Part shown: piece by piece, positions 29,877 to 39,259 of the stretch
Layout of the letters: every line of letters starts with the position of its first letter
How positions within the stretch are numbered: the first letter of the stretch is position 1
Virus record (IMG/VR): IMGVR_UViG_3300014208_000024
Location: 256,001 to 320,000 of that record
Source of the DNA: a virus
Taxonomy: Duplodnaviria; Caudoviricetes
Strand: one strand, 5' to 3'
DNA length: 64,000 bases
Position numbers and translations under genes: made by a program
The notes under the pieces: model-generated
Told to the model about the DNA's origin: nothing
The model's input: only the letters and a program-made list of their open reading frames with translations
Database searches by the model: none

Positions 29877-30653
29877 TTTTTTTAATCTACCTTTTTTCCA
29901 TCCCAATTTTACATATAAATCTAATTCGTTTTTTATAACACGTTTACTTTCCTGCTTTTCTGTGTTATAAATCCATATTTTCCCAATTTGAGAGTTACTC
30001 ATTCTTTCTTTGGTTTCATTAGAATAAATATTATCTTTACCCTTATTCCACGGCAACTTTCCTTTATTACATTCAGAACATTTTCTTTTAGACTCATCTG
30101 AATGGTGTTTTCCAAACATTGGGTTGTTTTTTCCATAATTTGATCTAATATTTTTTCTTGCTTTGTCTGATATTGGAACACCTTTTCTATATTCACTTAA
30201 TTTATTTTTTACTTCATCTGAATGATGTTTTCCAAATCTTGGAGATTTTTCACCAGACATTTTTTCTCTAAGCTTTTGTTTAGTTTCTTCTGTATGAGTT
30301 CTTCCATACATTGGATTTCTTTTTCCTGTCATCATTTCTTTTCTCTTTTGTGTAACTTCTTTTGTCATTTTCTTTCCACAATTTGTATATACAACAGAAT
30401 TTCTTATGTTGTATCCAACTTCTTTGTTTATAGATTTTAGTTTTTTAATCCAATAAACTTCTAATTCTTTAATTTCATCTATCGTTAACGCAAAAGATTC
30501 TTCAATGATTTCTTTTTTGAAGTTTTCTTTGCCATACTTTTTAATAGCATATTTAATTGCTGTACCAGAACCTAAATAATTAGGATTATTTTTTGTATCT
30601 AGTCCTATATATATTTTCCCATTGATTAAATTCGTTGTTTTATAAATTATCAT
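29862..30653 (-). mobile_element. Free-standing GIY-YIG homing endonuclease with NUMOD3 repeats
   Basis: MIIYKTTNLINGKIYIG..YLGSG; repeated NPMYGRTHTEETKQKL and NPMFGKHHSDESK. Confidence 0.92.
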
Positions 30654-30805
30654 AAGATTTTATTTTTATATTCATTTTCTATCCACTCTTTAATTTTATT
30701 TTCAATAAACTTAGATTTATTCAAAGACATTTTAGAACTAATTTTTTCAAATTTTTCATATAATTCCTTGTTTATTGTAAAAGTTTTCTTTATTTTTGTA
30801 TTCAT
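30650..30805 (-). CDS. Ribbon-helix-helix (CopG/Arc-like) protein, 51 aa, missed by ORF track
   Basis: MNTKIKKTFTINKELYEKFEKISSKMSLNKSKFIENKIKEWIENEYKNKIL*; ATGA overlap with the HEG start; paralog at 49561. Confidence 0.75.
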   Translation of the reverse strand: MNTKIKKTFTINKELYEKFEKISSKMSLNKSKFIENKIKEWIENEYKNKIL

Positions 30806-30903
30806 TGTTTTGTATTTATTAATATTTATTTATAAATATAAAAAAATTTTATTTTAAAGAAAACATTTATAAAAAAAATCGTATAAATTAATAAATCACT
30901 AAC

Positions 30904-31494
30904 ATGCCAAGAATTGTTAAAATAAAAAAAGAAAAAAGAGTTTACGACGGATATACAAAAGTTGATGAAGCTCTAATTGAAGATACATTAGAAAGTGGTA
31001 AAGTATCTACATACTCAAGACAAAAAGTAGTAAGGCCAGATGCTGTTGCTGGTTTAATTTATAACACTGATACAGAATGCGTGGTTCTTGTAAAGCAGCA
31101 TAGGTATCCAACTCATTTTGGAAACAGAAATGGATTCATATATGAAGCTATGGCTGGAAAAATTGATTCTGGAGAAAACCCAAAACAAGCTTTTATTAGA
31201 GAAAGTTTTGAAGAGGTTGGATATAGGCTTAAAGAAAAAAACGTAGAATATTGTTTTAACTGCTTTACTACTCCAGGATATTCCACAGAAAGAATTCATT
31301 ATTTTTTAGCAACAGCTACAAATAAAGATAAAATAAAAAATGCTGGAGGAGGAATGGAAGACGAACATGAAAATATAGAAATTTGTGAATTTCATTATCT
31401 TCAATTTAGAAGTATGATGGACACAATGGAAGATGCTAAAACAAAATTACTTGCATATGAAGCACATCACAGAAAATTGTTTGACAGGAAATAA
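30904..31494 (+). CDS. Nudix hydrolase (ADP-ribose / NDP-sugar pyrophosphatase-like)
   Basis: AGKIDSGENPKQAFIRESFEEVGY Nudix box; TPGYSTERIH; EHENIE. Confidence 0.88.
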   Translation: MPRIVKIKKEKRVYDGYTKVDEALIEDTLESGKVSTYSRQKVVRPDAVAGLIYNTDTECVVLVKQHRYPTHFGNRNGFIYEAMAGKIDSGENPKQAFIRESFEEVGYRLKEKNVEYCFNCFTTPGYSTERIHYFLATATNKDKIKNAGGGMEDEHENIEICEFHYLQFRSMMDTMEDAKTKLLAYEAHHRKLFDRK

Positions 31495-31503
31495 AAATTA
31501 TTT

Positions 31504-31734
31504 ATGGGAAATTTATTAAAAAACAACGAAAGAGATAATATTGTGCAAAATTCGGTTATTGAATCTGTAACAGGATATTCTTGTCCTAATTGTGGGGCAA
31601 TATGTTGTGACAAAACATTTATATCTAAAACAGAAATAGAATTTAACGAATTTCCAAATCCACATTACAATTGGGATGAAATTCATAAATGCCAAAAATG
31701 TGAAACTCTTTATCTTTTACATAATGGTACATAA
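31504..31734 (+). CDS. Small Zn-ribbon protein whose stop lies in the attC R'' box
   Basis: CPNC..CQKC; stop TAA within TACATAAC. Confidence 0.7.
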   Translation: MGNLLKNNERDNIVQNSVIESVTGYSCPNCGAICCDKTFISKTEIEFNEFPNPHYNWDEIHKCQKCETLYLLHNGT

Positions 31735-31829
31735 CGGCTGGCGGTATGGTTTAGTAAAGGCTGACCACTACCGACCAATCGAAGAAATAAACTTTAAACA
31801 GCCTTTATTAACTATACCGCTTGTTAGCG
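31729..31829 (+). mobile_element. Integron attC-like recombination site
   Basis: ACATAAC..GCGGTATGGTTTAGTAAAGGCTG pairs with CAGCCTTTATTAACTATACCGC..GTTAGCG, with one extrahelical base and an unpaired spacer next to TAAC/GTTA. Confidence 0.65.
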
Positions 31830-31868
31830 TTTCGTTTTTGAGCGTGGGCGGTGCAAAACTTAAATAAA

Positions 31869-32258
31869 ATGTCACATAAAATAGATAAATATTTTCCATT
31901 TTTAGGGATTGACTTCTTAGGTAAAAAACACAAACTTAAAGAAAAAGATGGAAATATGGGTTTGTGTCCAAATGGTAAATGGAAACATTTTGTCTCCATT
32001 AAAGATAATGTTCTTTGGGAAGCAAAGAAAGTCCATTATGTTGGAAATAATGGTGTTGGTAGTATTTGTGGAAGGAATAATCGTTCATGTTTTTTAAAAA
32101 TTACAATAGATAAAAACAAAGTTGATTGTGAATTTTGTTTAGAAAAAATGAAAGACTATATGTATTATTGTGAAATTCATGGGTTTATTGATGCTAAAGA
32201 TGTAACTAATGACGAGAAATGTGACTACTGTAATTGTGCGTTGGCAAATGAACGCTAA
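31869..32258 (+). CDS. Cys/His-rich hypothetical protein, putative gene-cassette ORF
   Basis: Preceded by GTTAGCGTT; ends in the complementary AACGCTAAC containing the stop codon. Confidence 0.65.
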   Translation: MSHKIDKYFPFLGIDFLGKKHKLKEKDGNMGLCPNGKWKHFVSIKDNVLWEAKKVHYVGNNGVGSICGRNNRSCFLKITIDKNKVDCEFCLEKMKDYMYYCEIHGFIDAKDVTNDEKCDYCNCALANER

Positions 32259-32365
32259 CTATTATATATCATGAGTAAATTCTAATCTATTAATTTTTAA
32301 GTTATTATAACTACAATAATTAAAAAAATATAAAGATTTATAAACAAAACATTATATTTACAACA

Positions 32366-32542
32366 ATGAAAACAAACAAAAAATAATTTAAAGAGTTGGG
32401 AAAATTCATTGAAAAGAGAAATGGTACGAAATTTACACTTAAAAAACTTATTAAACAAAGTGAATTTACTTGCACTATTCAAAAAATATACGAAAACTTG
32501 AAAGCTCCATTTTTAATTATAAATGATTTAAAACAAAACTAA
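32366..32542 (+). pseudogene. Small ORF with in-frame TAA at codon 7
   Basis: MKTNKK*FKELGKFIEKRNG..DLKQN*, ends 1 nt before the nadE ATG. Confidence 0.35.
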
Positions 32543-32543
32543 A

Positions 32544-33365
32544 ATGAAAAAGTTAGATTATTCAAAAGTAGAAAAGCATATTGTTGAATGGTTAAAGGAA
32601 TATGCTAAAAATGCAAAAGTAGAAGGATTTGTTATTGGAATATCTGGCGGAGTTGATTCGGCAGTAACATCTACTTTGGCTGCAAAAACAGGATTGAAAC
32701 TATACACAATCCAAATGCCAATTAAGCAGAAATCAGAAGAAGTAAACAGAGCAACTTCTCATGTTTATTGGTTAGTTGAAAACTTCCCAAATGTATTTCC
32801 TTTAACTTGTGATTTAACCAATACTTTTAATTCCTTTTTATCTGAAATTGAAAAATCTGAAAACAAAGAAGGACAAAACATGGCCGAAGCAAATACAAGA
32901 TCACGCCTGAGAATGGTAACCTTATATTACCACGCTTCAATAAAAAAATGCTTGGTTCTTGGAACTGGAAATAAAGTAGAGGATTTTGGTGTTGGATTTT
33001 ATACAAAATACGGAGATGGTGGAGTAGATTTATCTCCCATTGCAGATCTTATGAAATCAGAAGTTCGTGAACTTGGGCGTCACATGTGCATATTGAAAGA
33101 GCTTTCTGAAGCCATTGCGACTGATGGTTTGTGGGATGATTCCATGACTGATGAAAAACAACTCGGTGCATCTTATGATGATTTAGAATGGGCCATGGAA
33201 TGGATTGCTAATAATCCATTAGGATTTAACTTCTCTACAGATCAATTCGATGCATTACCAAAAAGGCAAGCAAATGCTGTAAGTATATATAAAAAAAGGT
33301 TTTTCGCAAATCAACACAAAATGGAACCAATTCCAGTATGTAATCTAAGTGAATTAAAAAAATAA
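32544..33365 (+). CDS. nadE: NH3-dependent NAD+ synthetase
   Basis: IGISGGVDSAV, NTRSRLRMVTLY, GTGNKVE, FYTKYGDGGVDLSPIADL; no glutaminase domain. Confidence 0.95.
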   Translation: MKKLDYSKVEKHIVEWLKEYAKNAKVEGFVIGISGGVDSAVTSTLAAKTGLKLYTIQMPIKQKSEEVNRATSHVYWLVENFPNVFPLTCDLTNTFNSFLSEIEKSENKEGQNMAEANTRSRLRMVTLYYHASIKKCLVLGTGNKVEDFGVGFYTKYGDGGVDLSPIADLMKSEVRELGRHMCILKELSEAIATDGLWDDSMTDEKQLGASYDDLEWAMEWIANNPLGFNFSTDQFDALPKRQANAVSIYKKRFFANQHKMEPIPVCNLSELKK

Positions 33366-34055
33366 TTAATTTTTATATTTAAACTTAAATCCCTTGTGAT
33401 GTTTTTGCCTGCCCTTCATAACTCTTATAACAGCACTATCGTCTAAACCCAATTGCTTACACATATATTTAATTCCTAACCATTCATCTATGTAATTTTC
33501 ACATAAATCCATTCTTATGACGCACTTAATAGTTGGCTGATTCTTTCTGTTAATCTCAATAAATTCTTTAGATCGTTTTTTTCCATAAGAATAATTGTCT
33601 TTTCCAAAACGTGGACATTTTACTCTTAATATATCTTTTGTTTTTTCAGAATGGTTTTTTCCATAAAAAGGATTTTTTTCTCCAGTAACTCTATCTGTAT
33701 GAAACTTCCTATATTTTTTATTTTTCCAAAGCTCCCTCACCCATTTAGAAGTATACCCTTCTCCACCATCACTATAATTAACTAAATTAAAGCCCCATGA
33801 AATAAATTGTGAAATCCAAAATTTTTCCCAAAATTTCCACTCAAAAAAATCAACCTCTTCTATTAATTCTATCTTTGGACACTGTTTGTTTTTTAATAAA
33901 GAATTTATCCAATTTTTTTTATGTTTATTTGTACATCTTTTAATATCCCAAACGTGATAATACAATCTCTTTTCTAATGACATTTCTGTTTTTCCAACAT
34001 ATCTAATAAAATCAGTATTCGGGTCTATTAATGTGTATATTTTTACTTTTTTCAT
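33366..34055 (-). mobile_element. Free-standing GIY-YIG homing endonuclease with NUMOD3/NUMOD1-like C-terminus
   Basis: KIYTLIDP..IRYVGKT..KRL..H; LVNYSDGGEG; NPFYGKNHSEKTK; GFKFKY. Confidence 0.88.
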
Positions 34056-34115
34056 AATTATATTTTTTTTATATAAATATGTATAAAAAACTGGCGGAGC
34101 GAAACGTGCAGACTT

Positions 34116-34604
34116 TTATTTCTCCTTTTCCCAAGTTATATATGTTCCTTTATTATCTCCTTCTTCAAAAGGGATTTCTTCAATTATTTTCCAATTTTCT
34201 TTGTCAAAATCAAAGAAGGTATCACCTTCAAAATCTTTATCAATGACAGTTTGGTATATCCTGTTCACTAAATTTTTTCTTAAAAACTGTTTATAAATAC
34301 TGGCCCCGCCAATTACAAAAATTTTACATTCAGGAAAAACAAGTTTTGCAAATTCAAGAGAAGATTCTATATTTGAAAATGGATGAATACCTGGCGTTTT
34401 TAAAACTCCTTTAGATATTACAAAATTATATCTATTTAGCAAAACCTTTCCTATAGATTCGTGAGTTTTTCTTCCCATTATAATAATGGAATTAGCAGTT
34501 ATCTTTTTAAATCTCCTTAAATCACCTGGCAAATTCCATGGCATGTGACCATCTTTGCCTATAACTCCATTTTTAGAATTAGCTACAATTAACCCAACAA
34601 ACAT
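34116..34604 (-). CDS. folA: Dihydrofolate reductase
   Basis: NGVIGKDGHMPWNLPGDL, IMGRKTHESIG, FVIGGASIY, FEGDTFF. Confidence 0.95.
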   Translation of the reverse strand: MFVGLIVANSKNGVIGKDGHMPWNLPGDLRRFKKITANSIIIMGRKTHESIGKVLLNRYNFVISKGVLKTPGIHPFSNIESSLEFAKLVFPECKIFVIGGASIYKQFLRKNLVNRIYQTVIDKDFEGDTFFDFDKENWKIIEEIPFEEGDNKGTYITWEKEK

Positions 34605-35140
34605 TTTTCCTTAAGGTTTTTAACAATTTCTTCATTAACGTTCTCTATGTCTTCTTTTGATGTGTCAAATACTATTCTCGTTGGAGCATAATAATCAATT
34701 ACAGGCTTAGTTCTTTTTTCGTAAGCATTCATAACCTCATTAAAAGACTGATCTGTTTTTTCAACCAATCTCTTTAAAGAAACAACAGATTCAGTGTCCA
34801 AAAAAATTGATATAGGTTTTTTTATTTTTCTTGCAAACAAAAAAGAATCCAAAGCTTTTGCCTGACCTACAGTTTTTGGAAATCCATTAAAAACAATTCC
34901 ATCTTCTTTTAGGTTAATAATAATTTCTTTAATTAACATAGTTAAATATTCATCTGGTTCTTTGGTTCCAGAATTTAAATATTTCTCTAAAATTAAACCA
35001 ATTTTAGTTTTGTTTTTAATTTCTTCATTAACAATATCGTTTACATAACAATATTTATAATTTAAATTTTTTGCCAACAATTTTGAGTGTGCATTTTTGC
35101 CCGAACAAAGAGTTCCTGTTACTACAATAATTTTTTTCAT
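34589..35140 (-). CDS. Adenylate kinase-like NMP kinase
   Basis: GTLCSGKNAHS P-loop, GIVFNGFPKTVGQA, YEKRTKPVIDYY. Confidence 0.8.
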   Translation of the reverse strand: MKKIIVVTGTLCSGKNAHSKLLAKNLNYKYCYVNDIVNEEIKNKTKIGLILEKYLNSGTKEPDEYLTMLIKEIIINLKEDGIVFNGFPKTVGQAKALDSFLFARKIKKPISIFLDTESVVSLKRLVEKTDQSFNEVMNAYEKRTKPVIDYYAPTRIVFDTSKEDIENVNEEIVKNLKEKCLLG

Positions 35141-35215
35141 AATTTATTTTTTTTGAAATATAAAAAAAAATGTTTATATTATAAACCTATTTAGTTATTT
35201 TTAATAAAAAGACAA

Positions 35216-36277
35216 ATGAACACTGAAAATGTAAAATTAGATTTTCATGATTTGAGAATTAAACCTGAGAAAACTAGTAGTATAACATCCAGAAGTCAAA
35301 TAGACCCATACTACCATGTGAATAAAAAAGAGTTTTTGCCAATTTTTACAGCCCCTATGGACACTGTAATTAATAATGAAAATGCAAAATTGTTTGAAAA
35401 AAACAAAATTCACACAATTATTCCTAGAGGAGAAAATCCTCCTAGGTGGGGAAGTCAATTTCGATTTAAATCAGTTGGATTAGATGAATTCATTTATCAA
35501 TATATAAATACTGACGAAAATGAAAATCATTTTCAATCTGCATTTACAATATATATTCTTATTGACATTGCAAATGGACATATGGAAAAACTTATTGAGG
35601 CCACTTCAAATGCAAAAAAAATATATGGAGAAAAAATGGTTTTAATGGTTGGAAATGTTGCAAACCCAGAGACATATAAAATATTTGCAGAAGCTGGAAT
35701 AGATATGGTTAGAGTTGGAATAGGAAACGGAAACGCATGTTTAACAACTAAGCAGACTACAATTGGATATCCAATGGCATCATTAATTAAAGAGTGTTGC
35801 GAAATAAAAAAACAAAACGGATATTCAACAAAAATTATAGCAGATGGTGGAATGAAAGATTTTTCAGATGTAATTCTTGCACTTGCACTTGGTGCAGACT
35901 ATGTAATGATCGGATCTCTTTTTAACAAATCTCTTGAATCTTGTGGGGACACCTATTTGTTTGACAAAATAAAAATAAACCAATATTCTAATTTTGCAAA
36001 ATGGCTTTTCAAAAAGAAGTTTAAACTTACAAAAAAATTCAGAGGAATGTCAACCAAAGACGTGCAAAAAAAATGGAATAAAGAAAAAATTAAAACATCT
36101 GAGGGAATTTCAAAAAAACAAAAAGTTGAATATACAATAAGTCAATGGGTAGAAAATTTTGAAGACTATTTAAGATCAACAATGAGTTATTCAAATGCAA
36201 AAAATCTGAATGAATTTATTGGAGAAGTTGAAACTATACAAATTAGCGATAAAGCATACGAAAGATTTAACAAATAA
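35216..36277 (+). CDS. GMP reductase / IMPDH-family oxidoreductase
   Basis: PIFTAPMDTV, DIANGH, VGNVA, RVGIGNGNACLT, IIADGG, FRGMST, SEG. Confidence 0.88.
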   Translation: MNTENVKLDFHDLRIKPEKTSSITSRSQIDPYYHVNKKEFLPIFTAPMDTVINNENAKLFEKNKIHTIIPRGENPPRWGSQFRFKSVGLDEFIYQYINTDENENHFQSAFTIYILIDIANGHMEKLIEATSNAKKIYGEKMVLMVGNVANPETYKIFAEAGIDMVRVGIGNGNACLTTKQTTIGYPMASLIKECCEIKKQNGYSTKIIADGGMKDFSDVILALALGADYVMIGSLFNKSLESCGDTYLFDKIKINQYSNFAKWLFKKKFKLTKKFRGMSTKDVQKKWNKEKIKTSEGISKKQKVEYTISQWVENFEDYLRSTMSYSNAKNLNEFIGEVETIQISDKAYERFNK

Positions 36278-36281
36278 TAAT

Positions 36282-36722
36282 ATGAAAAAAAACAATCCAA
36301 ATGTATTCCTCGGAGGAACATGCAATGATTCCACCTGGAGAGAAAGATTAATTAAAGACCTTAAAGTACCTTACTTTAATCCAGTTGTTAAGGATTGGAA
36401 CGAGGAAGCTCAAAAAAAAGAAATAGAAGAAAGAAAAACAGCAAAGTTTGTTCTTTATGTAATAACACCCCTTATGACTGGAGTTTATTCAATAGCAGAA
36501 GTAATAGATGATTCAAACAAAAGACCAGAAACTACACTGTTTTGTGTTTTAGAAAAAGATAATGATAAAGAATTTGAAAAATTTCAAATAAAATCTCTTA
36601 ATCAAGTTAAGGAAATGGTCAAAAAAAACGGATCAATGGTTTTTGAAAATTTATCAGAAATAGCAAAATTCTTAAACAACCAGGAAGATAAAGATAAAAT
36701 GAAAAAACTTGCTGGTGTATAA
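36282..36722 (+). CDS. Nucleoside 2-deoxyribosyltransferase-like protein
   Basis: VFLGGTCNDSTWR..YFNPVVKDW..GVYSIAE. Confidence 0.8.
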   Translation: MKKNNPNVFLGGTCNDSTWRERLIKDLKVPYFNPVVKDWNEEAQKKEIEERKTAKFVLYVITPLMTGVYSIAEVIDDSNKRPETTLFCVLEKDNDKEFEKFQIKSLNQVKEMVKKNGSMVFENLSEIAKFLNNQEDKDKMKKLAGV

Positions 36723-36761
36723 GTAATATTTTTTATAGATATTTATTGAAAAATAAATGTC

Positions 36762-37397
36762 GTGGAAAATAAACTTAGAAAATTAATCCGAGAAAAAATA
36801 GAATTAGATATTGAAGTTGGAGATGAGCTTCTTGGAGGAAGATTTAAAAACAAAAAAGTTGTTGTTAAAGATATAGGAAAAGACGACAAAAATCAACCAA
36901 CCATCAACGGAAAATCTCTTCTTAAGTTTAGAATAAAAAAACTAATAAAAGAAGAAATAAATAAAATTTTCGAAGTATTAGGTTTTCAATCCGCTGCAGC
37001 ACAACAATTGGCAACAAATATGGCTTTATTTAAGTTACCCAGAAAAGGAATGGATGACTCAATAAATTATTATGACCAAGTTATGTGGGATTTGCATAAA
37101 AAAGATTCTGAAGAAGAAAAAGAAGAAGATTTAGAAAATAATTTTAAATATCCATCTGCAAACAATCAAGATGCACCAGTTTCTACAAACATATTCGAAG
37201 ATGTGACAAATCCAATCGCAGCTCAAAAAAATCTTGATTATGACAGAACAGTGTCTCCAAAAACTGCAAATTTTAGCAAAGAAGCACAAGAAGAATTCGA
37301 TTTGCATAATGACAATATAAATAGAGAATTGAATGGAATTCCTCCTGGAAATAGTAGGAGTGGAGCAGTATCAAATAATAAATCAAAAAATTTTTAG
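36762..37397 (+). CDS. Hypothetical late protein with two IREE-like tags
   Basis: LRKLIREKI and KKLIKEEINKIFE; TATTTATT at 36740. Confidence 0.75.
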   Translation: MENKLRKLIREKIELDIEVGDELLGGRFKNKKVVVKDIGKDDKNQPTINGKSLLKFRIKKLIKEEINKIFEVLGFQSAAAQQLATNMALFKLPRKGMDDSINYYDQVMWDLHKKDSEEEKEEDLENNFKYPSANNQDAPVSTNIFEDVTNPIAAQKNLDYDRTVSPKTANFSKEAQEEFDLHNDNINRELNGIPPGNSRSGAVSNNKSKNF

Positions 37398-37451
37398 CAA
37401 ACTATAAGAATTTAAAAAAAAGAAACTATTTATAAAAAAAATATTAAGATT

Positions 37452-37916
37452 ATGAAAGTAACAAATACAGGTGCAAAAGGAAAATGGGTTCACGTTAAAA
37501 TAAACGGATATTCGTATAAAAAATGGGTCGCAGCATATGGCTCTGTAACTTTACCAGAAGTTACAAGCAGAAGCCAGCTTAACCTAAATGCACACGAAGA
37601 ATCAATGATTCACGCAGAAGATCATGGACAAATTTTTCCAAAACCAATACCCCCAGAGTTTTATTATACAATTAATGCAACAAGACTTGGAACAACAGGT
37701 GGAACAACTTCTTTAAGCGCATCATCTGTTTCAGTGGCAAAAGGAATGAGCTTATCATTCTCAGTTTATCCAGAATCCAACTATTATCTTTCAGCTTATA
37801 CAGTTAATGGTATTGCTCAAGGAAGATCTACTCCATCTGCAACAACAGTTTATACACTGTCAAACATTGTGCAAGACGAAAATATTTCTGTTGCATTTGC
37901 AACATTTGGCTCTTAA
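37452..37916 (+). CDS. Protein with C-terminal InlB B-repeat-like beta domain
   Basis: VAKGMSLSFSVYPESNYYLSAYTVNG..YTLSNIVQDENISVAF. Confidence 0.6.
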   Translation: MKVTNTGAKGKWVHVKINGYSYKKWVAAYGSVTLPEVTSRSQLNLNAHEESMIHAEDHGQIFPKPIPPEFYYTINATRLGTTGGTTSLSASSVSVAKGMSLSFSVYPESNYYLSAYTVNGIAQGRSTPSATTVYTLSNIVQDENISVAFATFGS

Positions 37917-37941
37917 TATCAACTATATATCCTTGTTTATC

Positions 37942-37973
37942 AAAAATCCTTCAGAATATCTGGGGGATTTTTT
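37942..37973 (+). terminator. Intrinsic terminator
   Basis: AAAAATCCTTCAGA-ata-TCTGGGGGATTTTT. Confidence 0.7.
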
Positions 37974-38014
37974 GTTTTTTCACAATTTATTACTATATTT
38001 GTGAAAAATTCATT

Positions 38015-38527
38015 ATGACAATAAAAGAAATTAAAAAGAAAATTGATGAAAGTTCTGTAAACTTATTTAAAAAATCAGACTTATATCAACTATTTGGAAT
38101 AAAAGAAAAAACAAAAGTTTCAATTCCATCTAATATTGACGAACCGTTTAATAATATAAAACCAAAAATTAACCCCGAACTAATCGTAAGTTATAATGGC
38201 CACTCAATAGTTATTAATTCTCGCTTACTTGATTCAAAAAACGCCTGGGGAAACATTGAAAACATTAAAACACTTCATCTTGAGAAACTTAAGGTTTTTG
38301 AAAAAATGGAAAAAACCAACAACAAAAAAGAATTGAAAAAATACGCTGAAAAAATTGAACAAATTGAATTTTCTCTTCAAACAGAGTGGGGATTTCCTTT
38401 AAACAAAAACTTTCATACGTGGTATAATGTTCCAAAATGTACTTGCCCCAAAATGGATAATGAAGACAATAGAGGTACAGATTATAGAATTATTTCAGAA
38501 GACTGTCCAGTACACGGAAAAGAATAA
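38015..38527 (+). CDS. Hypothetical protein with C-terminal CxC..CxxH motif
   Basis: PKCTCPKMDN..DCPVHG. Confidence 0.75.
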   Translation: MTIKEIKKKIDESSVNLFKKSDLYQLFGIKEKTKVSIPSNIDEPFNNIKPKINPELIVSYNGHSIVINSRLLDSKNAWGNIENIKTLHLEKLKVFEKMEKTNNKKELKKYAEKIEQIEFSLQTEWGFPLNKNFHTWYNVPKCTCPKMDNEDNRGTDYRIISEDCPVHGKE

Positions 38528-38585
38528 AAATTCAACAAACTGTTGATTTTTAATTAGAAATTTTTTATTTTTATAATAAAAAACA

Positions 38586-39128
38586 ATGGGAAATCTTAAA
38601 GAAATAAATAGAATTCTTATATTTAATAGAAAAGTCAGCAAAAAAAATGTCGGCAAACTTATTAAAAAAATATTGAAAATCAATGAGTTTGATGATTTGT
38701 TGGAAGAAAAAACAAAACAAAAAAGAGTCCCAATAAAACTTTATATTGATACAAATGGGGGAAATCTTTACAGCGGATTTTCTCTTTTGTGTATAATGAA
38801 ATCTTCAAAAACCCCAATTCACACATATGTAATGGGATCAGCAATGTCTTGTGGGTTTTTAATATCTATTTGTGGTCATAAAAGATTTTGTCATAAACTA
38901 TCCACATTTATGTGGCATAACATCTCAACTGAAGTAGCAGGAACAGTTTCTAGCATAGACGAAGATTTAACTGAAGTAAAAAGAGTTGGAGTTGAAGCTA
39001 CAAAAATAATCATTGAAAAAACTAAGATAACAAACAAAAGATTAGAATCTTTGTTTAAAGAAAAAAACAATTTGTTTTTTAACTCAACTGAAGCGCTCAA
39101 ACTTGGCATAGTTGACGAAATAATATAA
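38586..39128 (+). CDS. ClpP-like serine protease subunit
   Basis: IDTNGGNLYSG, GSAMSCG, TFMWH; the position of the triad Asp appears to be Asn. Confidence 0.8.
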   Translation: MGNLKEINRILIFNRKVSKKNVGKLIKKILKINEFDDLLEEKTKQKRVPIKLYIDTNGGNLYSGFSLLCIMKSSKTPIHTYVMGSAMSCGFLISICGHKRFCHKLSTFMWHNISTEVAGTVSSIDEDLTEVKRVGVEATKIIIEKTKITNKRLESLFKEKNNLFFNSTEALKLGIVDEII

Positions 39129-39187
39129 GTAATTTGTAACTTTTTTTTCATAAAATCGTATAGATTAGTAAACAAAAACTAATTTTT

Positions 39188-39232
39188 ATGGATTTTAACA
39201 ACTTGGGAGACTGATACAAATGGTGGTTTTAA
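39188..39232 (+). pseudogene. Relic of a thg1 5' end upstream of the inserted HEG
   Basis: MDFNNLGD*YKWWF aligns to METKNLSEWCKWLE of the Thg1 ORF; sits under the AAC-N16-CGTATA promoter at 39138. Confidence 0.45.
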
Positions 39233-39259
39233 AAATTTACAATTTTCCCCCATATTTAT

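Noticed and set aside
32248-32310. A complete second attC after the cassette ORF
   Set aside because: The R'' box AACGCTAAC is present, but no convincing complementary arm or R' follows; treated as truncated.
28677-33365. Assignment to NARP1 or NARP2
   Set aside because: No PRS-like Adps or Nmnat is in the window, and the PRTase motifs plus a linked NadE fit the nicotinate (PncB) route.
34083-34113. GC-rich patch between folA and the HEG as a structured RNA or intron remnant
   Set aside because: Too short, with no stable stem found.
38586-39128. ClpP-like protein as the prohead protease
   Set aside because: It lies among metabolic genes without a TATTTATA promoter or capsid genes nearby; its role is undetermined.
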